From Bacillus subtilis subsp. subtilis str. 168 (lineage in GTDB: Bacteria > Bacillota > Bacilli > Bacillales > Bacillaceae): a DNA stretch of 32,000 nt. Location of the stretch: the NCBI RefSeq assembly GCF_000009045.1, contig NC_000964.3:2130001-2162000 (forward strand), written 5' to 3'. A program made the position numbers and the translations under genes. Of this stretch, positions 19,084 through 28,119 are shown piece by piece (the first letter of the stretch is position 1; every line of letters starts with the position of its first letter). The notes below the pieces were generated by a model. The model was not told the DNA's origin. It saw only the letters and a list, made by a program, of their open reading frames with translations, and did not search any database.

Positions 19084-20037
19084 ATGAAAGTCTTGTATAT
19101 CCAGTCGGGATACGGAGGAATATACAGTTATTTTGATCGCTGGGCTGAAGAATGTTTTCAGAACACTCATACAGAGTATATGATTGCAGATAAACCTGAA
19201 GCAGAATCTTTGATGAAGATCGAAGCGTTTCAGCCGGATTTCACACTTATGATGGTTGGAGACCGCGTTCCTCACGACTGGCTGACCTGGTTAAAGGGTA
19301 AGGATATCCCCGTGTATGTTTGGCTGACCGAAGACCCATTTTATATGGATATCAGCCTTCAGGTAATTAAGCTTGCTGACGCCATATTAACGATAGAACA
19401 AAATGCAGCTCTCTACTATCAAGAGCTCGGCTACCAGAACGTCTATTATGTTCCGATACCAGTTAACCATCGGCTGTTTAAAAAAATGGGCACCGAACAT
19501 TCCTATCATTCAAATCTGTTAATCATCGGCTATCCTTACCCTAATCGGGTTCAGCTTATGAAAGAAGCGGTCCATCTGCCATTCACGGTTCGGGTAATCG
19601 GCAAGGAATGGGGAAAATATCTGCCTAAAAAAGTGCTCAAACAGCCGCATATTGATGTCGTCAGCACATGGGTTCCACCCGAACAGGCCGTTCATTATTA
19701 TAATGGGGCAGACATCGTAATTAATGCGCATCGTCCCTATCATTTTGCTTTCAACCAAAATACTATGCGCATCAAAAATGCCAGTTTTAATAACCGAACG
19801 TTTGATATCGCTGCATGCGAAGCATTTCAATTAACAGATTTACCCGCGGCGCATCCTTTTTCATCCATTATTTCTTATCACGGCATGAACGACTTTAAGG
19901 AAAAAGCCGCTTTCTATATCAACCACCCTGAAGAACGGCAAAAAGCTGCAGCAGCCAATTATAAAGAGACCGTACCCGCATTTACGTTTGATGAGCTTCC
20001 TGCAAAACTAAAAGCGATTCATCTGGCGCTTTCTTGA
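19084..20037 (+). CDS. cgeB: spore crust maturation protein CgeB (glycosyltransferase-like)
   Basis: The 317-aa ORF starts 7 nt after the cgeA stop. Confidence 0.85.
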   Translation: MKVLYIQSGYGGIYSYFDRWAEECFQNTHTEYMIADKPEAESLMKIEAFQPDFTLMMVGDRVPHDWLTWLKGKDIPVYVWLTEDPFYMDISLQVIKLADAILTIEQNAALYYQELGYQNVYYVPIPVNHRLFKKMGTEHSYHSNLLIIGYPYPNRVQLMKEAVHLPFTVRVIGKEWGKYLPKKVLKQPHIDVVSTWVPPEQAVHYYNGADIVINAHRPYHFAFNQNTMRIKNASFNNRTFDIAACEAFQLTDLPAAHPFSSIISYHGMNDFKEKAAFYINHPEERQKAAAANYKETVPAFTFDELPAKLKAIHLALS

Positions 20038-20069
20038 AAAATCGTTCATTGCTATGAACGATTTTTTTA
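20037..20069 (+). terminator. cgeAB terminator
   Basis: Stem atcgttcat-tgct-atgaacgat is followed by T7. Confidence 0.85.
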
Positions 20070-20075
20070 TTCATA

Positions 20076-20103
20076 GAAAAAAGCAGCTGCACAAGCTGCT
20101 TTC
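20076..20103 (-). terminator. phy terminator
   Basis: Stem agcagc/gctgct is followed by a T-run on the minus strand. Confidence 0.7.
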
Positions 20104-20107
20104 TATT

Positions 20108-21337
<1,230 letters not shown>

Positions 21338-21625
21338 TTATAGGGTTTCTGACTCATAAACAACTTATTCCCCAAAGAGGTGGTGAGATGACTTTGCCAG
21401 ATTTACTTTTGCGGAGCGAAATAAAAATATGTTGAATATTTAGTACATTATTTATTTAGTTTTGTTTTTCCCTAGTTACGTCCGTTTTTCCATTTTCTAT
21501 TAAAAAAGAACACTTTGTGACATGATCATTCCCCTAAATTTTGTTTTATTGGTTGCTTTCATTAATTCGATTACAAAGTTGAACATATGATGCATGGTAG
21601 AGAAACGAGAGTTGGAGGATAAGCC

Positions 21626-22051
21626 ATGCCTAAACAGCAAACAGCAGAACTAAAACCATTTTTCCATAACAAAACAGTTTTAGTCACTGGCGGAACGGGT
21701 TCAATCGGGAGTCAAATTGTCAAACGCCTTTTGATGCTTACACCTAAACAGGTGATTGTATTCAGCAAAGACGACAGTAAACAGTATGTCATGAGCCAAA
21801 AGTATGCGGAGGATAAGCGGCTATTATTTGTACTTGGAGATGTACGCGATCACAGAAGGGTGAATCAGGTGATGAAAGGCGTCGATATCGTCTTTCACGC
21901 GGCTGCGCTGAAACAGGTTCCGACATGTGAGGACCATCCATTTGAAGCGATCCAGACCAATCTCATCGGCGGACAAAATGTGGTGGAAGCTGCCCTTTCA
22001 CACCGAGTGCAGCATGTCATTAATATCAGTACAGATAAAGCTGTATATTAA
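21626..22051 (+). CDS. yodU: yodU, the 5' fragment (141 codons) of spsM, a CapD/PseB-type NAD-dependent sugar dehydratase, interrupted by SPbeta
   Basis: The ORF has the Rossmann motif TGGTGSIGS. It ends 2 codons after the conserved NISTDKAV, immediately past the att core. Intact homologues are about 340 aa. Confidence 0.9.
   Translation: MPKQQTAELKPFFHNKTVLVTGGTGSIGSQIVKRLLMLTPKQVIVFSKDDSKQYVMSQKYAEDKRLLFVLGDVRDHRRVNQVMKGVDIVFHAAALKQVPTCEDHPFEAIQTNLIGGQNVVEAALSHRVQHVINISTDKAVY
22031..22046. other. SPbeta attL core (ACAGATAAAGCTGTAT)
   Basis: The 16-mer matches my recollection of the SprA crossover core. It coincides with the truncation point of spsM and with the change in base composition. 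Confidence 0.7.
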
Positions 22052-22085
22052 GATACTTACTACATATCTAACGAAAAAAAGAAGC

Positions 22086-22852
<767 letters not shown>

Positions 22853-22874
22853 TCAATCACTCTCCTAATCTATA

Positions 22875-22903
22875 TTGAAGGTAAATTATGTATGTGCTAA
22901 AAT
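22875..22903 (+). promoter_or_regulatory. sigma-A promoter of yotL (TTGAAG-17 nt-TAAAAT)
   Basis: The hexamers are near-consensus with a 17-nt spacer. They lie about 24 nt upstream of the GTG at 22927. Confidence 0.6.
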
Positions 22904-22926
22904 CGTTGCTGAAAGAGGTGTGCATA

Positions 22927-23169
22927 GTGAAAAAACAATGGAAACCAGTTGATTCAAGACTCAATGAGCTCATGCATGAATATAGCGTTTCAATTGAAGA
23001 TCTTGTTGAATGTACTGGATTATCAAAACAACGTATTAATGATTATGTAGGTGGTTTTAAATCAAATATGAATATTGGAACAGCAATGACATTTGCTGAT
23101 GCCATAGGTTGCTCTATAGAAGAGCTTTATGTATGGAACTTTAAAGAGCGCAGACAATTAACCAAATAA
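22927..23169 (+). CDS. yotL: XRE/Cro-type helix-turn-helix regulator YotL
   Basis: The GTG at 22927 lies 6 nt after AAAGAGGTG and gives 80 aa. The HTH reads SIEDLVECTGLSKQRINDYV. The track ATG at 22888 lies inside the promoter. Confidence 0.75.
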   Translation: MKKQWKPVDSRLNELMHEYSVSIEDLVECTGLSKQRINDYVGGFKSNMNIGTAMTFADAIGCSIEELYVWNFKERRQLTK

Positions 23170-23170
23170 C

Positions 23171-23356
23171 TTATAATATGGTTCCCTTTTTGACCCACCT
23201 TATTTCCTGCATTAATTCCTCATTATTGTCAGCCAAGTTAATTAAGTTACGATGTGCTCTTTGCAAATCTTTTTCTTCAATGGCCTCCTTCACTGTCTTC
23301 ATTTGTCTATCCATCTTGTTTAACAGTGTTTGAATTGAATGATAAGCCTCGTTAAT
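23171..23356 (-). CDS. yotK: small coiled-coil ORF (probably yotK); 47 aa from ATG 23314 or 61 aa from ATT 23356
   Basis: This ORF is not in the track. The only SD (AAAGAGG) lies 8 nt before the in-frame ATT, and the ATG has no SD. The symbol is assigned from gene order only. Confidence 0.35.
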   Translation of the reverse strand: MNEAYHSIQTLLNKMDRQMKTVKEAIEEKDLQRAHRNLINLADNNEELMQEIRWVKKGTIL

Positions 23357-23439
23357 TTTTCTCGCCTCTTTCCCATATGTGCAATATTTAGTTCATTACT
23401 TTTTGCATATTAAACTGTTGTTTGCAATACCCTACTCTT

Positions 23440-23652
23440 TTAAAAAGAGAAACTAGAGACTTTTTTATTCTTTTTAAGCTGCATTATTAAGCATTTATAT
23501 TCGTTGTAATCCTCTTCACTATCAAATGCGAACATTGGATATTGTGAATACTCTTTTTGAAAATACTCAATTCGCCCCCCTACCTGGTGTAGTATTGAAT
23601 ACTTTGACATATCCTCTTCATATGGAATTGTAATAACATTTCGATTACACAT
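23440..23652 (-). CDS. yotJ: 70-aa SPbeta protein of unknown function
   Basis: A GGAGGT SD precedes the ORF. The symbol is assigned from remembered gene order. Confidence 0.6.
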   Translation of the reverse strand: MCNRNVITIPYEEDMSKYSILHQVGGRIEYFQKEYSQYPMFAFDSEEDYNEYKCLIMQLKKNKKVSSFSF

Positions 23653-23717
23653 AATACCTCCACTAATTTTATTTTTATTCTAAATAAAAGACCGATTTTA
23701 TCCTGTTCCTATTTACA

Positions 23718-24080
23718 TTAATCTAGATAAACAACTTCTTTTACAATTGGAAATGGACTACTGATTCTCTCACTTAAATGCAAAACTATTTCAGTTACGT
23801 CTTTTGATGTTGCCACGTGGACTGCCTTTGTAATTTTAAAATTGAATTCATTTTCAATTAAGAGACGTTTACCTTCGGAAAATATATCTATTGAACTAAC
23901 CGCAAAATCACACTTTCCATTTATTCGATACGGATTAAAGCATTTCACAAAATAACATTTATTTAATTCCTTACTGTCTGATAAAACAATGTCAAATTCC
24001 ACATCCCAAACAAACGTGTTAATCTTAGAATGATAAACTAAATCATGGGTAGCTCCTGTATCTTTAAAAATTTCAATCAT
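23718..24080 (-). CDS. yotI: 120-aa SPbeta protein of unknown function
   Basis: The ATG at 24080 lies 8 nt after GGGGAGGA. It forms an ATGA overlap with the upstream ORF's stop. The symbol is assigned from gene order. Confidence 0.6.
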
Positions 24081-24265
24081 TGAAATAATCCTCCCCAAAT
24101 CACTCCTGCTGCAATAGCAGCTATAAAGACAGAAACAAATTTCATTAAAATGAAAAACTTAATATGCTTTGTTTCGTTCTCAGTTAAGTCAAAATCTGAT
24201 AAAGCGAATAAACCAAACACAATTAACAATATCCAGGCTGTAACAATCAGGTATCTTTCCTCCAA
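24077..24265 (-). CDS. yotH: about 60-aa two-TM membrane protein
   Basis: The ORF is hydrophobic. Its start is uncertain because the TTG at 24265 overlaps a GGAGGAAAG motif. The symbol is assigned from gene order. Confidence 0.5.
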
Positions 24266-24583
24266 TCATGTTTTATTGTGGCAGATATTAATATATTCCT
24301 TCAGGCTATTAACTGTTGAAATAATACACCCTCGAACCTCTTCAGGATCTTCAAAATCCATTTCATTTTGCAGAACAAATTCATCAAACTCAATCATGGC
24401 AAGAAAGCGATCGTCATTGGGTAGCTTATTAAAATCAATATTCTTTAATCTTGGAATACCTTTTTCCTTTATCCATTCAAGGAAGGGATAATCAACATCA
24501 TTCTTTGCTACTGCGATTTTTAAAAACTCATGAATATCAGAAGAGTTTTCAATATTGAAATAAATCATGAGACTTTCCTTCAT
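24266..24583 (-). CDS. yotG: 105-aa acidic SPbeta protein of unknown function
   Basis: An alternative ATG at 24568 follows an AAGGAAAG SD. The symbol is assigned from gene order. Confidence 0.6.
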   Translation of the reverse strand: MKESLMIYFNIENSSDIHEFLKIAVAKNDVDYPFLEWIKEKGIPRLKNIDFNKLPNDDRFLAMIEFDEFVLQNEMDFEDPEEVRGCIISTVNSLKEYINICHNKT

Positions 24584-24595
24584 AAGATCAAATAA

Positions 24596-24673
24596 TCACA
24601 ATAAAGTTTTATCAATGTTATTGTCTGATTTAATTTCAAAGTCTATATTAAACCAGGACATTACGTTCTCCAT
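24596..24673 (-). CDS. yotF: 25-aa micro-ORF (MENVMSWFNIDFEIKSDNNIDKTLL)
   Basis: This ORF is not in the track. A GGAGGG SD lies 5 nt upstream of the ATG. The symbol is assigned from gene-order counting only. Confidence 0.3.
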   Translation of the reverse strand: MENVMSWFNIDFEIKSDNNIDKTLL

Positions 24674-24704
24674 TCAATCCCTCCTTGTACATCTAAACTA
24701 TTAC

Positions 24705-24890
24705 TCACTTGACTAACCCCCTTAAGCGTTCGACTTCTGCAACTAACCATTCTGCATAACTGATATGAATTTTTATCACCTTGGTTGATCTAAGTCGCCG
24801 AGACATTACTTCAACAAATTTTTTAACTTCTTCAAATTCAATCTCTTTCATTGAGTTTATCCCACTAAATGAAATCAACGTCTTAATCAA
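24705..24890 (-). CDS. yotE: 61-aa SPbeta protein
   Basis: The TTG start overlaps the upstream stop (TTGA), so the ORF is translationally coupled. The symbol is assigned from gene order. Confidence 0.5.
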   Translation of the reverse strand: MIKTLISFSGINSMKEIEFEEVKKFVEVMSRRLRSTKVIKIHISYAEWLVAEVERLRGLVK

Positions 24891-25018
24891 TCAAGTATCT
24901 TATTTTTTGGCTTTATATCGATTTCATCACAAGAAGGACATGAAAAATCTGAATTGTCACCTATCCAACTAAAATTGCATTCATTACAAGTCCAATCAAT
25001 TTGTTCTCTACTGTCCAT
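24887..25018 (-). CDS. yotD: 43-aa zinc-ribbon micro-protein (MDSREQIDWTCNECNFSWIGDNSDFSCPSCDEIDIKPKNKILD)
   Basis: This ORF is not in the track. A GAGGTG SD lies 8 nt before the ATG. The protein has the CxxC-x12-CxxC pattern. The symbol is assigned from gene order. Confidence 0.5.
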   Translation of the reverse strand: MDSREQIDWTCNECNFSWIGDNSDFSCPSCDEIDIKPKNKILD

Positions 25019-25057
25019 TATAGCTACACCTCTTTCTTAATAAATTCAACATTTTAT

Positions 25058-25249
25058 CTACTTCCAATTGTAGTTCTCCTTTTCTTTCTCTGAATCACCT
25101 ATATGCGAAAGAATCCAATTATGATAACCCTCTTCTCCACAATTAGGGCAATCCATTTCAGATATAACCTTTAATGTGTTTATCATAGGATTTTTAGCAA
25201 ACAAGTGATGATTGCATTTTCTACAAAAAAACACAACTTCATTTTCCAT
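25058..25249 (-). CDS. yotC: 63-aa zinc-ribbon protein
   Basis: The protein has the pattern CRKC...CPNC behind a GGAAGGGGAG SD. The symbol is assigned from gene order. Confidence 0.6.
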   Translation of the reverse strand: MENEVVFFCRKCNHHLFAKNPMINTLKVISEMDCPNCGEEGYHNWILSHIGDSEKEKENYNWK

Positions 25250-25292
25250 GTCTCCCCTTCCCTTCTGTATAAAATTAGAATTTTAATTAAAT

Positions 25293-26120
25293 CTAAATCT
25301 CGAATGTTTTAAGCTCAAACGTTTTATATGAATCTACTTCTTCACCAGGTATCACATTGACACTCGGATAATTATCATAGTCATACGGGTATCCGATACA
25401 ATTCATGTGAAAGCTCGTTCCATCTTTGTCAAACTCAGCTTGTAAATGATCATGTCCACAAACCCAGTGTTTTGCGTTAATGAACGGGACATCAACCATG
25501 TAGCATGTATTAGGCTCAAATGGAGAATAAGGATTGTGAACAGGTGGAACATGTGAGACAAATACATCAACTTGTGTATTTTCAAGCGTTTCATACCAAT
25601 CCATTGATTCTTTCCACATCGCTCTTACACCATCTACTTTGTTATAACCATTAAGCCAAATGTAATTAGAATCGTTAGATACTCCTTTAAAGAAGTCCCA
25701 TCCTTCGATTCCTTTTGGAAGGTACCACATTACATCTCCTGCAAAGACTTTTCCTTTGTATGTTTCAGTTGTCTTAATTAATGGTGTTACATTTTTCATG
25801 TCAGCAGCTTTTTGAATTAGATCATTCAACCTGCCTAACGAGTCTGAGTATTTCCTTTTTTGGCTCTTGCTAAGTAAATAAAGATCATGATTACCATATG
25901 TAAAGTAAACCTTCTCGTATTGCTTTGCTGCCTCATCTAAAACCCATAAAGTTTGTTGATTCCATTCAGTAAAATCGCCGGCAATGACCAATACCTCCCC
26001 ATTACCGTTTGAGATTAACCTATTTACAATTTCTCTTGTTCGCTTCTCCCACTTAATCTGATTTACATTCCAAGGAATCCAATGATTTATATGGAGATCT
26101 GAAACATAATCAATTTTCAT
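25293..26120 (-). CDS. yotB: calcineurin-like metallophosphoesterase YotB
   Basis: The ATG at 26120 follows an AAAGGTGGAG SD and gives 275 aa. The motifs are [22 protein letters not shown] and GHDH. Confidence 0.85.
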
Positions 26121-26163
26121 TTTGTCTCCACCTTTCTTAATGAAAAATTTATTTCTTTGGCGT

Positions 26164-26192
26164 GTATAAATTAAAATAATCTCTCCATAATA
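26164..26192 (+). promoter_or_regulatory. sigma-G-type forespore promoter of sspC (GTATA-17 nt-CATAATA)
   Basis: The sequence matches the sigma-G consensus GHATR-17/18-CAtnnTA and lies about 45 nt upstream of the sspC ATG. Confidence 0.6.
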
Positions 26193-26238
26193 TGATTCAA
26201 ACAAGCTTGTTTTCATTACACTTTAGGAGATGAATAAG

Positions 26239-26457
26239 ATGGCTCAACAAAGTAGATCAAGATCAAACAACAATAATGATTTACTAATTCCTCAAGCAGC
26301 TTCAGCTATTGAACAAATGAAACTTGAAATAGCTTCTGAGTTTGGTGTTCAATTAGGCGCTGAGACTACATCTCGTGCAAACGGTTCAGTTGGTGGAGAA
26401 ATCACTAAACGTTTAGTTCGCTTAGCTCAACAAAACATGGGCGGTCAATTTCATTAA
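26239..26457 (+). CDS. sspC: alpha/beta-type small acid-soluble spore protein C
   Basis: The 72-aa product is [60 protein letters not shown]..., behind a TAGGAGA SD. Confidence 0.95.
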   Translation: MAQQSRSRSNNNNDLLIPQAASAIEQMKLEIASEFGVQLGAETTSRANGSVGGEITKRLVRLAQQNMGGQFH

Positions 26458-26462
26458 TTTAT

Positions 26463-26489
26463 GAGGGGGATAATTCCCCTCTCTTTTTT
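26463..26489 (+). terminator. sspC terminator
   Basis: Stem gaggggga-taat-tcccctc is followed by a T-run. Confidence 0.8.
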
Positions 26490-26647
26490 AAGTCTTCTCT
26501 AAATCCATACAGAACTAATGGTATTGTTTCCACCTCTTTTTATGTCACTAACTACTATTATTAAGCTCCTCGACTTGCACTGTGTAATGTCTGTACCATT
26601 TTATTGCCTCCTTTGATTAGCCACTCTATAAATTGCGTTCTCTTCAT

Positions 26648-26713
26648 TTAGAATATATCCAGCGCTCCGTCACAATAAGAACATTTGCCACTACCCTCTT
26701 CACATGTACACAT
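26648..26713 (-). CDS. 21-aa Cys-rich micro-ORF MCTCEEGSGKCSYCDGALDIF (39 aa if started at ATG 26767)
   Basis: This ORF is not in the track. A GGAGGTG SD lies 8 nt before ATG 26713. The upstream in-frame ATG at 26767 overlaps the end of the preceding ORF. Confidence 0.35.
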   Translation of the reverse strand: MCTCEEGSGKCSYCDGALDIF

Positions 26714-26756
26714 ATATTTGTCACCTCCAATTTCGCTACCGTCAACTGACAACTCC

Positions 26757-27110
26757 TCAGATATCATTTAATTGTTGTTTCAGCTCAAAGAATTCATCAT
26801 GAAGAAATTTAAATTTATCCTTATTTACGTATGCTTTGTCATCATTAAGATCAAAGAGATCTAAGTACTTTCTTTTATTTCTTTTAATAATTCGTAAAGC
26901 AATAGTGGCACTTACCCACTCTTCACCTTCCAATTGGGTTAAGACTTCACTTAGCTCGAATAACAATTCAAGCTTAGCTTTGTTTTGCTGTGTTTCGAGT
27001 TTTAACAGATCCCTTTGTTTTTCAAGTAAAGTTGTTTCAATTTGGTATTTCTTTTTCTCTAAGGCTGTTATCTGTTCGTTGGTGTTATGTATTTTGTCTC
27101 CTACTTCCAA
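26757..27110 (-). CDS. 117-aa coiled-coil SPbeta protein (yosZ or yosX by position)
   Basis: The ORF starts at TTG 5 nt after GGAGGTG and has a heptad-rich sequence. Confidence 0.7.
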
Positions 27111-27155
27111 TGAATCACCTCCTTAAAGTTTGAATAAAATATTAGTTTTAAAAAA

Positions 27156-27180
27156 TGTATATTTTTTGTTTTTGTATATT
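27156..27180. repeat. direct repeat of TGTATATT (27156-27163 and 27173-27180)
   Basis: The repeat is read directly in the 230-bp AT-rich intergenic region upstream of the 117-aa ORF. A related ATACA-N7-TGTAT inverted pair lies at 27223-27239. Confidence 0.6.
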
Positions 27181-27340
27181 AGATAAAAAAACTGTCATTT
27201 CATCATCTTCTATTATTATATTATACATATTATTTGTATTTGTCTATAGTTATTTTATTTTCATTCTTAAATCCATTTACTTAGCCCTGACAAATGCTAA
27301 AAGGGCTTGAGCCGTATAATGAGTGCAGCTAAACACAATT

Positions 27341-27754
27341 TCACATTATATGAAAAATAATACTCAAAGCAAAGATAAGGTTCCCAAAGACATAAGCCAA
27401 ATAAATATACCTACTATGGCTCACTGTTTCGCCCTCCAACACGTCTAAAACCTTAAACATGCTTAGGACTGTGTATATAACTGAAAATGCTGTCCAACAG
27501 AGTATAAGGATATTTTCATGCATAATTAAACCGTTATATGCCAAGGGGATGATTAAAGAACTCCCCTTAAGCAAAGTAAACAGGTAAATTAAATTCTTAT
27601 TTCGTTTCGCATCTTCTGGAGTTGAATTATCAAGCACACTCTTTACTTTTATATACGTATTGCTTTCCCCTCGCATAATCAACCTGACCTCATTAATGTT
27701 TAATACAATTAGATAAGCTGATAGAAATAAAGTTACATATGTTATAGTAAACAT
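27341..27754 (-). CDS. 137-aa polytopic membrane protein (yosX or yosW by position)
   Basis: The ORF has four predicted hydrophobic segments. The AGGAG SD abuts the ATG with zero spacing, so the start is uncertain. Confidence 0.6.
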
Positions 27755-27828
27755 CTCCTAATTTTATATTTGTGTTGGGTTGGCTTTTACTCACCCTCAA
27801 ACTCTATACCGTTAATATTTGCTTTTAT

Positions 27829-28119
27829 TCAAATAGCTCCCCCTTTAAAATCATTCACTTGATCAGCAATGTTTTCTTTAATTGTATGTGGCAACTGATC
27901 AATCCCTTTTATAATCCGTTTCTGACCAGTTTTCCTAATTTTTGTAGTCATCTCTTTAAAACACTCTAAAGCAGTATCTGAGATTTCATCATATAGCCCC
28001 TGAATTTTCACTAATACACTTAAATATTCTTCGTCACCTTCTTCAAATAGCGACAACCCTTCTTCAAGTTTGTTGATCTTTTCAACACTCTTTATTATTT
28101 TATTTTTATCCTTAAACAA
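27829..28119 (-). CDS. 96-aa SPbeta protein of unknown function
   Basis: The ORF starts at TTG 4 nt after GGTGGGGGA, directly abutting the upstream stop codon. Confidence 0.65.
   Translation of the reverse strand: MFKDKNKIIKSVEKINKLEEGLSLFEEGDEEYLSVLVKIQGLYDEISDTALECFKEMTTKIRKTGQKRIIKGIDQLPHTIKENIADQVNDFKGGAI

Noticed and set aside
26518-26616. Plus-strand hydrophobic 32-aa ORF (MVLFPPLFMSLTTIIKLLDLHCVMSVPFYCLL) as a type I toxin antisense to the micro-ORFs
   Set aside because: It has no SD, no charged C-terminal tail like BsrG, BsrE or TxpA, and no recognisable promoter. It is probably the antisense shadow of the minus-strand micro-ORFs.
26648-26767. Reading [15 protein letters not shown]|DKYMCTCEEGSGKCSYCDG... 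as a double-glycine-leader RiPP or bacteriocin precursor
   Set aside because: The hydrophobic and Glu positions do not fit the -4/-7/-8/-12/-15 double-glycine leader consensus. No peptidase-ABC transporter or modification enzyme is in the window. The GGAGG encoding Gly-Gly more plausibly functions as an SD.
26836-27969. Track ORFs 26836-27126 (+) and 27772-27969 (+)
   Set aside because: These are antisense shadows of minus-strand phage ORFs in AT-rich DNA. They have no SDs.
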